Shown here one piece after another: positions 38,101 through 50,488 of a stretch of DNA of 64,000 nt. Source of the stretch: Mantamonas sphyraenae STR306 (Eukaryota > Protista > CRuMs). The translations under genes were made by a program, and so were the position numbers. The notes under the pieces were generated by a model. The model was not told the DNA's origin, searched no databases, and was given only the letters and a program-made list of their open reading frames with translations. The stretch lies in assembly GCA_026936335.1 (NCBI GenBank), contig JAPMXV010000049.1, forward strand, positions 248,001-312,000. Direction: 5' to 3'. The first letter of the stretch is position 1. Each line of letters opens with the position of its first letter.

Positions 38101-41100
38101 TACGCGTGCTCTGGCCTGCGTCTTGATCTGCTCTTTGGCCAGTTCCAGTTTCTGCACCTGAGCTTGCGCCTCGCTCAGATCCTTGGTGAGCCGTTCCACC
38201 TTGGTCTCCAGCTCCATCCGCTCCGTCTCCGCCTTTTCCGCTTCGTCCGCCTTGGCCCTGTACAGCTGCTGTGCACTTTCCACATTGGCGGTCAAACGCA
38301 CTCGCTCTGCCTCCTGCGCCTCACGTGCCTTTCCAACCTCTTCCTTCAGAATGGTGATGTCGTGTGATTGTTGTGTGTTCCGTTCCTCCAGCAAATCCAG
38401 GCGTCGCTTCATGTCCTCGTTTTCCATGCGCGTCGTTTTGGCCAACACGCGCTGGTCGTTCGCCTCTTGTTTCAGTTCTTCATACTCCTTTGCCGACACA
38501 GGGATTGCGTCCTTCGGTACAAGGTGACTCGAGCTTGCGCCCACCATCCCTCCATATGGCACGCTAGCCGCATGCCGCGACGTATCCAACCCGCTGCTCT
38601 CCACACCCGCAAACGATGGTTCAAACAACGTGCTGCTGGTGTTCGCTGCACCGTAGTCACCGACTTCGCCACCACGACCCGCACCCAGCTCGTCAAACGC
38701 AAGTACGCGCCCCTCCATGTTCATCTTTGCACGCTCTAGGGCCACGCTCAGCTCTCGGTTGTTGTTCAGCTGCACCTCGTACGACTCCTTGATCGAATGG
38801 TAATCGACGCGCAGAGCGTTCAGTTCGATTTCGTTCGACTCCAGCGCGCTGCGACAACGACTCGCCTCTGCCAACGCGTTGCGCTGGGACTCGAGGTTTC
38901 CCTGCGCCACACTCTTCCAATAGTTCACGTCATCTTGCAGCGCCGCTTGGAGCTTGCTCAGCTCTGCCACCCTTTGCGATTCCATCGTCTGAAGCGCCAT
39001 GCGCTTGCGCGACTCCTTGTCTGCGCTCTCCTTGGCTCCAGTCAGCTTGGTGATCTCTTTCTGCAATTCGTCCACCATTTCCCGAAGCATCCTGCCCTTC
39101 TCCTCTCCGCTTTTCTCCAGGCGCGCCACCTCACTTTCCAGCAGATCTCGTTCTTCCTCTAGCGCATTCTTGCTCAGCTTTAGCTCTTCGTTCACCTGTG
39201 CTTGCATGCGCATCACGCCGTGCAGCTTCTCCAGCTCGGCCTCTGCGCGCTGCATCCGCTCGCGATGCCGCTCCAGTCCATCGCGTGCCGTTTCGCACTC
39301 TGTCCTCCACTCCTGCGCCTGTACTTGTGCCTTTTGCAGCTCAAGGGCGCTGCGCGTGTGTTCCTTGTCCGCTGCGCGCTTCAAGGAATCCACTTCCTCA
39401 CGCAGCTCACCCACCACGCTGTGGTCTGCCTCTCGCGATGCCTCGAGGCTTGACACGCGTGTTTCTGCATGTGCCAGCTTCCCCAGTGCCTCCTGAAGAG
39501 CCTGTTCCGTCTCGCGACCCTTTGTGCGCAGCGCGTGCTCCGTCTGCTTCAGTGTGCGCACCTCTCCACTCAGCTCCCTCTCCATGCTGGAGAACAGAGT
39601 GTGCATCTCGTCTCGCTCGCTCTCCAGTAGAGCGTTGCTGCGGTGTGCCTTGTCCACCTCCAGCTGCAGCTGGTTCACCTGTTGTTCGTACCTGGCCATT
39701 TGTTCCCTGTGCTTCGTTGCAAGCGCCTCGTGCTTTGTCTGCAGCGAGTCCAGGCGCTCCAGCGTGCTTGTCAGCTTCCGTGTCACACCTTCCATAGCCT
39801 GGCGCACGTCTACTGCCTCTTGTTCCTTCTGGTCGGCCACGGACCGCGCCTCGGACAGCTCTTTCTCCATCTCCCGCGATGCACTCTCTGCCTTTTGCCA
39901 CCCATCGTGGTAGTGTGCCTGTTCTTCCAACTGGTTCTCCATCGACATGCACTTGTTTTGTGCCTCTTGCAATGCAATGCCCGTCCTCTGCAGCTTCTCC
40001 TCCAGCGCACTGCGCTTCTCCCTCATCTCGTGCAACTCTTCGTTCGCCGACGCCTCACGCTCCTTTGCCCTCGCCGCTGCCTCATCTGCGTCTCCGCACG
40101 CATGCTCCAGCTCCATGACCTTGGTTCGCAATTCCTCAGCTCTTCCACCTGTTTCTGTGCCACCATCTCCTGTCGCAACATCGACTCAAGCTGGGCACCC
40201 CCTCGGCCGCCTTGGCTCTTGCCACTTCCACCCGCACCGGCGCTCTGTTCACGTGCATCTGCCAGCTCGTCTCTCAGTCGCGCAATCTCGCGAGCCATCC
40301 CTGCTTCGTGTTCCTTCACGTCTGCAGCAACGCGTGCTGCTTCCATGTCCCTCTGTCGCAACTCTTCGCGTGCCTTTTGCTTCTCTGTGCTGATGGCCAG
40401 TTTGGCCTCGCGCACTTGGTCTTGTGCGGCCGCAACCGCTTTGTCGGCTTCCACCTTGTGCTGTCGGTTCTGCTCCTGTTCTGCTTCCAACTTGGCTTGC
40501 AACTGTGTGATCTGTGCCTGTACACGCTGGATGTTCGCCGCCAAGCTCTCCTCGCGCCTGTGTCCGGCTTCCACCTCGGCCTCGGCCTTGCGTACACGCT
40601 CGTTCGCTGCACGAGCCGTCCTTTCGGCTTCCTGTTTTGCCAGCGTGGCCTGCTCTTGTACTCCCTGCATCTGCATAGCCAGACGTGCCAGTTCTTCCTT
40701 GGCGCTTGCTGTCGCGCGTGCACGTTCCTTCATCTCGCCACGGGCGGATTCTAGAGCCAGCTCCTTCTCCCGCACGTTCTGCTCTGCACGCGCGGCTCTC
40801 TCTTGAATCGCACGTTGCTCGGCCCGAAGACTTTCCAGGCTGCGCTGCCACGTTTTCACCTCGTCTGCTGCGCGCTGTTCCTTTTCTCCATAACGACGCC
40901 TCCACTCTTCGGCCTCCTGTCTAGCTCCATCGGCATCTTCGTTCAGGCTGCTCTCGGCTGCGCGCAGACTCTCTCGCACCTTTTCGACCTCCTCTCGCAT
41001 GCTCTGCGCCTCCATCTGGCTTCGGTGCTGTGCAGCCTCGCTCGCTTGCACGCGCTCAACCAACGCCTTCACCTCCTTTGCGTGCGCCTCCACGCTGTTC

Positions 41101-44100
41101 TCCGAAGCACGTTGCAACTCCTCCACCCGCTGCCTCAGCTTGCCAATTGTTTCTCTCTCCCGGCTTGCCTTCATCTCAAGGGCCTCGAGCTCCAGACGCG
41201 TGTGCTCCGCCTCTCGCTGTGCTTGGTTCCTCTCCGATTCCATCTGCGCAGCCTTGTCTTTCGCTTCGTTCAGTTGCTGGCGCTGTGCTTGCCACTCGTG
41301 CTCCTGTGCGTTGCGTCGTTCCGTGTCCTGGTGTGTTTCCGTGTCCAGTGCCTTTTCCAGCGCCTGTACGTGGTCCTGTGTAGTCTTCATCGCTCCCTCC
41401 AGGCGGCGGACTGCGTTCTCGCTCTCGAACCGTTCGCGCTTCAGCTTCTCGTTCTCCGCTTCCAGCTTGTCATTCTTTGTTTCCAATGCTTCAATTGCCA
41501 GTTCCTTTTCCAGCACCAGAGGCGCATTGCCTTCCACCATTTCTTGCAGATTGGCACGCTCCCGTTCCAGCTGTTCCACACGCTCTGTCAACGTCGCCAC
41601 ATCCTCCAGTGCCACCGCCAGGCGTGCATCTCGTTCCGCCACACTGCTCTCCGCCATGTGCACCGTCGTCTCGAGGCCGTTCTGATGCAATTCCGCCTCG
41701 GCAAGCTGCCGTTGCACTTTGTCCAGTTCAACCTGCGACTCAAGTGCCTCCTGTGCAGCTGCCTGTGCAGACTGCTCCATCAAGTGGCGAAGTCGTGCTA
41801 TCTCCTCGGTCATGCTTGTGATGCGCCCGTGGTTCGCCTCTTCTGCACGCCACAGCGCGTCACGTGTCGTTGCCGTGTCGAAAAGAGCCTCTTCCATCTC
41901 TCCGTACGCCTGTTTCATCCCTTCCAGCTCCTCCTCCAGTCGCGCTGCCTGATCTTCCGCCCACACCTTCCCCTGCTGCGCGACCTGCAACTCAGACTCG
42001 ATGCGTGTTTCCAACTGCTCCAGTTGCTCTCGAAGCTGTGCGTTCTCTGCGCTCAACTCTTCGGTGGTCGATTCATGCGCCAACCCACGTTCCAGCTGTG
42101 CTTTTGCTTCTGCACGCAGCTTCTCCACTTCCTCCCGCCGCTCCTGCTGCAGCTGCGCAAGCTGCGCCTGTGCACGCCCCAGCTTCTCGTGTGCCGTGTT
42201 GGCTTCCTCCATCGCTTTGCTGTGACGAACCTCCAGCGCGTGCGACTCGCGCCTCCATGTCGTCTGGCCCTCGACAAGTTGGGTTTGCGCCGCGTCCAGT
42301 TCCGCAGCAACTTCCTCTTGACGCTTCACTGCCTTGCGCAGCGCTTCACGCAAGTCTTGGTTCTCCCGATGCAGTTGCTCGCTCACAGCCGTTGCCTGCT
42401 TCGCCTCCAGCCGCAAACCCTCCACCTCGCTCGACAGCTTCGCACGGGTCCCTTCCAATTCCCGCGTAATGGACATAAGCGTCTCGTTCGCGTTGCTGTG
42501 TTGGTGCGTCACTTCGCTCAGCGCAGACTCCAGTTGTCCTGCCCGAGTCTGCGACTCATTGGCATGCGCCTCCAGCGCATGAGCAAGTTCGTTCGCTTGC
42601 GCGTGGCTCCCTGCGTGACGGCGCTGCCACAGCTTGGTCTCTTGTTCCAGAGCATGTACCGCCTGTGCCAGTTCGCCGATGCTCCTCTCCTGCCTGCTGC
42701 ACACCTTGTGCAGTTCTTTGCACTCTGTCTCTTTGCTGTTTGCCTTGCTCGTTGCTCGCTCCAGGTCGTCTTCTAGCTCGCTGATCCGTGCCTGCAGCGT
42801 CGTTTCCATCATTTCTTTTGAGGCACGTTCGTTGTCACACATGCTTCGTGCATCTTCCACTTGACTCGTCGCCGTCGCCAGCTCTTCGGCTTGTTCCCGT
42901 GCACGGCTCACAACACGCTCCAGCTGCAGCTTCTGCACATTCACCTGGTACTCTAGTTGCTCCTCGCGCTGCTTCCACTCGATGCTCTTCATCTCAAGCT
43001 CGTTACGCACCCCACGCAGCCGCTCCTCTGCAGCGCTACGCTGCGCGCGCTCGTCACGTGCCACTCGCCGTGCTTCACGCACTTGGTTTTCCAGCTCCAC
43101 CATTTGTGCATCCACCTGCGCCATACGCAGACTCAGCCCGTGGTTCTCGCGCCTCATCTCCTCCAATGCCTCCTCAAGGTGGGCATCTTCCGCACCGTCA
43201 TCGTCGCCGTCGCCTGTCCTCTGTCCAACCACCTCTTCCTCCTCCCCAGAGGCTTCTTCTTGTCCCCCCCTGCTGCGCATCGTATCCAGTGCCTCTTCCT
43301 GTGCTTCGCATCGGCTCGTCAGCATCTGTGTTTCCAGTGACAGCTGCATGTTCTCCTCCTCCACCGCACGCAGCCGCTCCTTTGCCTTTTCGCCCTCGTT
43401 TTCTGCCGATTCCAACCGTGCTGCCAGTCCGCTCGATCGTTCTCGCCCACGTACAAGCTCGCCCTCCAACTCACGCACCCTTTCCGTCGCGTTTCCGGCC
43501 ACGCTGCGCAGATGTGCCACCTCGCTTCGCAGTGCCTTCACCTCGCTCTCTGCGCGCTCTTGGGCCTCCATTGCGCGTGCAAGATCACCTTGGCTTTCGC
43601 GCAGGTCCAACTCCCGCGACTGAAGTCGTTCTTCCACAGACCTCAAGCTGCGCGACCGTTCCTCCAGCTTCTCCTCCAGGCTATCTACCACGCTTTGCCT
43701 CTCTTTCACACGCTCCTGTCGCTCCATGCCTCGCTCGACTGCCGCCGCTTTGTCTCGCTCAGTTGCCTCTACCTCCCGCTCCAGCCGCTCCTGCAACTCC
43801 TCCAACTCATCCACTCTCGCTCCCAGCCGCTTGCACTCCTCGTTTGCCTCCTTGCTTGCAGCTTGCAGTCGTGTCACCTCTTCGCTAAGCTTCTTCGTCT
43901 CGCGCTTGCCCTCGGCCTCGCGCTGCTGCACCTCTTGCAACAAGGCCATTGTGCGTTCGTTGCGTTGCTTCAATGCACTCTCTTCCCGTGCACGGTTCTC
44001 TTCGCTCGCCTGAAGTTTCGTCTCCAGCAATCGCTTCTCGTCATGTGCTTTCCACAGCGCCTCGTTCGCCTCGTCCACCTTGCGCTGCAAGGCCTGCACC

Positions 44101-47100
44101 TGTCGCTGCCGCTCGTCACTGCTGGCCTTGCTCGCTCGCAACTCTCCCTGCACACGCTCCAGCTCCACACTCAGTCTGTTCACGTCCGCCACTCGCCTTT
44201 CGGTCTCTGCACGCAAGCGTTTCTCTGTCTCGTCCAGCTGCAGCTCCACCTGCACACGCGACGAGTGAAGCTCGTCCTTCACCTCCGCAATGCTGCTTAG
44301 GTCCAGTTTCGACACTTCCAGCGCACTCTGCAGCTTGTCTTTGCTCGACTCCAGCCGCTGCAACTGCGCAACCGTCTCGTTCAACGAGTGCGACAACTGT
44401 GTGCGTGTCCACGTGTGCGACGCCTCCTCGTTTTCGTACTTGCTCTTCCACTGCTCCGCCTCCATCGCCAGCGCTTGCTTGCTTTGCATCGCCTCCGCCA
44501 GCTCTGCGCTCTCACGTGCTCGTTCACGCTTCTCCGCTTCCGCCTCCTCCTCCACTTCAACAAGCCGCTTCTTCACCCTCCGTTGCTCCTTGCTCAGCTT
44601 CGCCACCTCCGCTTCCAGCGTTTCTTCGTTCTTTGCGCGTACTGCCGATTCGTGCTCCAAGCGTCCTCGCAGCTCCTCTGCCTCCTCACGCAACTGCGCT
44701 GCCTCGAGGCGCACCTCGCTCAACTGCTCCTCCAGCACGCTTGTCTGGCTCTGCAGGGTCGTCACCTGCTGTGCAGCACGCACTCGTGCGCTCACTTCCT
44801 TTTCCATCGCTGCACGCCCGATCGCAAGCTCCTGCCTCGCCCCTTCCATCTCTTCGCTCTTCACACCCAACTGCGTCTCAAGCTCCGAGTTCACCCCACG
44901 CAGCTCCTCGCACAAAGCCTCCTTTGCCTCCAGCTCACGCGCACACTTTGCACCCTCTTCCTGCACCTGCGCCAATTCCCGTGACAGAGTGTCCACCTGG
45001 ACATGCAACGACGCATTCAGAGAACTCAGTTCCTCCTCCTGCGTCGCCTTGGATGTGCTTGTCTCCTCCAGCCTCGTCTTCATCTCCTCCCACCCGCTCT
45101 TCAGTCTCCTCCTCTCCTCCTTCCACTCCATCTGTTCCTCTCGCAGTTGCTCGCACTCACCGTTACTACGCTCCACCATCCCCTCCAGTTCCGACACGCG
45201 TGCACTGAGCTCGCGAATCTTGTTCCCGCTTGCCTGCTCATTGTTCGCCTTGGCCTCTGTAACTTCGGTCAACGTACGCTCGCTCGTTTCCAACTTGCTC
45301 TTCAGTGCAGCGCACTCGTTTGCAAGTCCGCTTCGCTCCCCGTTGCTCTTTTGCAGGTTTTTGCGCAGCTGTTCACACTCGTTGCGCAGCGCCCCGCGCT
45401 CCGCTTCTGCCTCGTGCAACGCGTTTGTGGTCTGTTCCAGCTCGCTGCGCAACATCCACTGTGTCTGTTCGCTCTGCTGGCTCACTCGTGTGCCTCTTGT
45501 CTGCATCTCGTGCAGTTCAAAAGTCGCACGCCGCACTTCGTCACGTACGCTTGCAACCTCTGCTCCGCTGCTTTCCAGCTGCCTTTCCAGCTCGCTCACA
45601 CGGCCTTGCAGTTCTCCGGCCTGACGCTTCCAGTGATTTCGTTCGTTCTCCACCTCCACCACCTTGGCTTCATACTCCACGTACATCTGCTCCATCTCGC
45701 TCTGAGCACGCTCCACTTCCGCCTGCAGTTCAGCCACGCGTCCCTGCGCCTCCTTCAGCCTTGATCGCGTTTCCACCTCTTGAGCCACACGCATCTCCTC
45801 CTTCTGTCCCGCTTCCAGAAGCTCTCCTTGCAGCCGTTCGCTCGACTGCCTCACGTTCTCCATGTCTGCTCGGTAGTCGCTGGACACTCGCTCGCGTTCC
45901 TTTTCTGCACGCTGCGCCGCATCCTTCCACTTGGCGCACTCGCTTTCCAGCACGCGCACGTCCTTTTCCAGTTCCCCACGCAGCCGCACGCTTTGCTCCA
46001 GCTCAGCTCGTGTCTTGACAGCCTCGCCACGCAGCGTCTCCACCTCGGCCACGGCTTGTTCCAGCTCGCCGTTGCTCTTTGCCAGTCTTGCTGCAAGGTC
46101 AGCCGTGTTGCGGTGTTCCGCTTGCTCTCGCTCTCCCATTTCGCCCTGCAACCGCTCCACCGTCTCTTGTGCATGCTTCAGCTTGCCTTCCTGGGAATCC
46201 AGGTGCGCCACGAGGCCTTCGTGATCGGCTGCCAACCGCACGTGGTTGCTGTTCAGCATTTCCAACTGCTGCGTAGCACTTGCCAGCGCACGTTCCTTGT
46301 TCTCAAGCATGCTCTGCAGCGATCGAATTCCCTGCCGCAAGCTCTTGCTCTCGCCTTGCTCGGAACTCAAACGGCGGTCCAGCTCCTCAACTGCCTTTTC
46401 CGCCTGTCGCCGATGCAAGCTTTCCTGCATCTTGGCTGCCTTGGTTGCGTCCAGCTCGCTGCGAAGTTCGCGCAGCTCTCGCATCAGTCCTGCTCGCTCT
46501 TCTTGGAGCTGACCCACTTGCATCGCATCCGACTCGCCCACAATGCGCGTCTGGTCCATTTCCCCCTGCAACGCCGCAAGGTCCGCCTCCATCGCACGGT
46601 TCATCGTCTCCACCGCCACTCGCTGTTGGTACATCAGCTCCAGTTGCCTGTTTGCTTCGGCCACTTGCTGTTTCTGCGCAGAGATCTCGCTCTGCAGTTT
46701 CTCCCGTTCGCTGTCTCCTTGCTCCGCCGCCTCCGCCGCCTGGCGTTCCGCGCTTCGCTTGCTTTGCTCCATCAGATCTAGACGGTGCTTCCACTGAGCC
46801 ATCTCACCTTTGACCCGCTCCATGTCCTCGGTTTGTCGCCGCATCTCCATCGTCTGCTCGCGCACCTTGCTCTCCGCAGCTTCGCACGTCTTCTTGCTTT
46901 CCTCCAGCTCCTCTTCCGTCTTGCGCAATCGTTCACGCAGACGACCCAGCTCACTTTCCGCCTTGTTTCGCGCCGTAGTGTGCTGTTCCTCTCTCATGCG
47001 CCCCACGCTCTCCTGCTCCTCCAGTTGCCGCGCAAGCTCCACCACATGACCTCGAAGCTCCTCTCGCTCGCGTTTCATCGCCTCGTTCTCCACCTCCAGG

Positions 47101-50100
47101 CTCTCCGCCACCATGCTTGTGTTGGATGCCACCGCCGTGTGCTCTCGTTCGGCCAGTGCCAGGTCGTTGCGCGCCTTATCCCGTGCCAGCGTCACCTCTT
47201 CCACTTTTTTGTCCGCCGCTGCCGCACGCTCTTGCCACTCCTTGACCTCTTGTGCACGTCGTCCGCTCTCACGAGCTGCTGCATCGCGCATTTCCTGCTC
47301 CGCCCGCACCTTTTTGCGCAACTCTTCAGTTTGACGCGTGGTTTCTTCGCGCAGCTCCTGCAGCTCATCCTGTACCCGTGCTCGTGCCTCCTTCATCTCT
47401 CGCACCGTATCGCTCAACCTGCGCTTGTCTCCCTCCAACCTTTCCACCACTTCTTCTCTCTTTCGCGCCTCAAAAGCCACGGCATCTGCCTTGCGCTGTG
47501 CCTCTTGCGCTTCTTCCCTCGCTTCTTTGCACTCGGCCACCTTGCTCGCCACGCGCTTTTGCAGCGCCTCCATAGCCGCCCTTCGCTCCTCTTCCCGCTT
47601 CTCCACCTCACGCAACTGTTTGCGTAGCTCACCCATCTGCTCGTCTGCGCGCTCCTGTGCCTCGGCAGCTCCACGAGTCGTGCGCTTCAGCTCTGCCTCT
47701 GCAAATTCCACTTGCGCCTGCAATTTCAGGGTCATGCTCTGCTCCTCCTGTAGCCGCTTCTGTGCCTGCTCCGCGCGCTCTCGTGCCGCACGTGATTCGT
47801 CCACCGCGCGTTCCCTGTCCTGCTCCATGTGTCGCAGGCGCTGCGCGGTCGCCGCGTCCACATTGCTCATCGTACCCTGTAGCTCCGCCATCCGCGTCTC
47901 TGCCGTTTCCACCGACGATTCCAGCTCCAAAACGCGTCTTTCCAGCTTGCCCTTTGCCTCTGCGCTCTGAGTCAGCGAATTGCGCAGGCTCTCCAGCTCT
48001 GCTTGCAAGCGCATGGCTGTGTCTTCGTGTTGGTCCCGCTCTCCCTTCAGCGAGCTTGCTTGGCTGTGCCACGTCTCCCGTGCCGCTTTCCATTGTGCAC
48101 GCACGCTTTCGGCCTCTGCATGTGCTGCATCTGCGCGTTCCTGTGCCTCGCGCACGCTCTCAGTCAGCCGCGCCGCCTCGTCCAACGCTGCCGCGCGCAA
48201 CTCCTTCATCGCGCGCTCGCCGGCCTGCACTTGCATTTGCCGCTCTTCGACCATCCCTTGTGCAGCCTGTGTCTCTTCGTGCATCGTTGCCACGCGCTCC
48301 TCCCACTCGTGTCTCTCCTGCGCCCACGCGAGCTCCGCGCTTTGCCAAGCCAGCGCCTCTGCCTCATGTTTGGCCTGTGCCTCTTGCAACACACGTGACA
48401 GCTCCTGCGCTCCGTCCAGCTGCACAGCCAAGCTGTTTGCGCGGTTTTCAGCCTCCAGGCGCTTCTCATGTTCGCTGGCCACCTCTGCTCTCAAAGACGC
48501 AACAGCCTCCTTGCGCGCCTTTGAGCTCGCCTTCAACTTGTCCTGCCACTGTTGTGCCATGTCGCTTTGCGCAGTACGTTGCTTTTCCAGCTGTTGCATC
48601 AGTGCTTCCGTCTGCTTGTGAACAGCTGCCACGTCGCTCTCCAGCGCCGCCCGTTGCTTGCTCCACGCCCGTTCGCTGCCGCTAGACTGCTGCTTCAATG
48701 TGCGAAGCTCCGTGGTGACGTCTTCCAGTACCTCTGTGCGCTCCTCCAGCGTACTGGTCACCTGGGCGACCTTTGCGCGAGCCTCGCTCAACTCGTGCTC
48801 CAGTGTCGAGACGCGTTCACGCAGTGCCTTGCCCTTCTCGGCATCCTGCGCCGCCTCTTGCTGGGCCTGTGCCAGTTGCTGCTGAATGCTTCCATTCAGC
48901 TTCTTGGCTTGCTCCAGATCCATGTCGGCGCTGGCCTTTGCAGACGACACACGTTCCAGCTCTTCCAGAGTCTGTTCCAGCTGCATGCACACGTCTGCAT
49001 ACGCGCTTGCGCTTTCGCGTGCACGCACACGCTCTTCCTCTGCCTTCTTGGCCGCCTCTGCTGCCTTGGCACCCATGCGAGCGTATGCTGCGCTCAGTTC
49101 GTCCTGCCTCGTGCTTACCTCCTGCAGGCTCAGTGCAAGCTGGCGGTTGTCTCTGCGCAATTCCTCCACCAGCTTTGCGTCTCTGTGTGCACGTACAGGT
49201 GGCGTACTCTTGGACCGGGCCTCATTCGCTGCCTGACGCTGCTCCTCCGCTACCCTCCGCGCCGACTCCAATTCCTGCTCCAGCTGCGCCTTCTCCACGC
49301 TCAAGGTCGCCAGGTTGGACTCTGCCGCCCGCGTTTCACCTCTTGCTTCGTTGATTTGCTCCTGTGGGCATGCCGTCGCATCGTCAGCGCAGCCGACAGG
49401 CACACACACCGAGGACGGGTGGAGGCGCGAGTCGCGTCGTGTCAGTGGCCCCTCGGCTCCGGCAAGCGCGTACCCCTTCCCTCGTCCACGCACACACTTT
49501 CTCTTCTGTCTGCACACATCCCTTCATACACACATACATACACAGCCCCTACACACCCCGTCACCATGCATCCAAATCCCCCGCCCCCTCGTTTCGCGTC
49601 TTGCTTAGGATAAAACTCACCTCGAGCGCAGCAACTTGAGACGCGTGTTGTCGCTGGCTTTCGCGCAGCTCCCTGCGCGCAGCATCCAGCGAATCTTGAA
49701 GTTGTTTGGCTGTCTTGCGCTGGCTCTCCATGGCTTCTTTGCTATCGCGCACCTGCTTCTCTAGGGTCTTCACCTGGCCGCGCAGCTGCTTGGCTTCGAA
49801 TGCGGCACGAGATTGTTCTCCCGCCAGCTTTTCGTTTTCCCGCCGCACAAGCTCAAGCTCCTGCACACTCTCGCGCGCAGCTCGCTCCTTCTCGTACAAG
49901 GCCCGCTCCGTGTTTGCCTCTGCAGCCTTGACCCTTTGCGTCCATTCGTGTTCCTTGGCTTGGAACCGCAGTTCGTTCTCGTGCTTGTCAGCTTGCGCAC
50001 GCTCCAGCTCCGCTCGGCACGTCTCCAACCGGCTTTCTGCCGTTCGCTGTGCAGACTCTGCTTGTTGCAGTGCAAACACAAGGCTCGTCGAGCTTGCTCC

Positions 50101-50421
50101 ACTGCTGTTTCCTCCTTCCCCGCCTCGTGCGGGGCTTCCTGCAAACAGCCCTCGTCTCGGGCTGTCCACACCATATGTTGTACTTGTGCTTGTGCTTCCG
50201 GGCAGCGTCAGATCCAGCGGTGTGTGCACCGCATACCCTGCCCCACGTGCTCCTTCCCTGCTGCTGTTGTTGTTGATGTAGTCCATCGAAAGCAGGTCGT
50301 CTCCCAGTTCGACGGGCGCAATCCCGCCTGCGCCTCCCAATGTGTTTTCTAGCTCGTCAAAAACATACGAGTCGTTCAGAGTGGTTGCAAACGCCCCTGA
50401 CACTGACGAGTCACGCTCCAT
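14190..50421 (-). CDS. Giant coiled-coil protein 'gene A', ~11,990 aa after correcting five single-base frame breaks; exons 50421-49621 and 49361-14190
   Basis: ORFs 49561..50421, 40023..49517, 36283..40131, 34166..36316, 25263..34310, 24625..25554 and 14190..25016 tile with overlaps. The E/Q/R/A/L-rich helical sequence swaps frame abruptly at ~40140, ~36335, ~34345, ~25580 (each -1) and ~24902 (+1). No promoter gaps or splice signals at those joins. Confidence 0.75.
49362..49620 (-). other. Spliceosomal intron of gene A (259 nt, phase 0)
   Basis: GAG|GTGAGT donor, TG-rich body, GCTGAC branch-like site and CCACAG|GAG acceptor. Joins ...SQVAALE to EQINEARG... in frame. Confidence 0.85.
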
Positions 50422-50488
50422 GACTACTGGAAAGTGCTTTTTTTTTGTTGGCGTGTGTTTCCTTGCCTACGCAGACGCCCAAAACGTC

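Noticed and set aside
36317-40150. Micro-introns as the explanation of frame breaks (e.g. 14-nt GTGGAAGAGCTGAG at ~40135-40148, 32-nt GT..AG at ~36317-36348)
   Set aside because: They have no branch or pyrimidine signals, are far shorter than the 93-259 nt introns seen here, and are not available in a consistent form at all sites. Sister-copy comparisons in gene B show plain indels.
14364-49613. Numerous plus-strand ORFs up to 1491 aa opposite gene A
   Set aside because: Expected from GAG/CAG/GCG-dominated codon usage, which rarely yields antisense stops. The products are low-complexity S/R/C/L strings with no domain signal.
14190-50421. Calling gene A SMC, myosin, Rad50 or kinesin
   Set aside because: No Walker A/B motifs, motor head or SMC hinge is visible. 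Any such similarity would be compositional coiled-coil noise.
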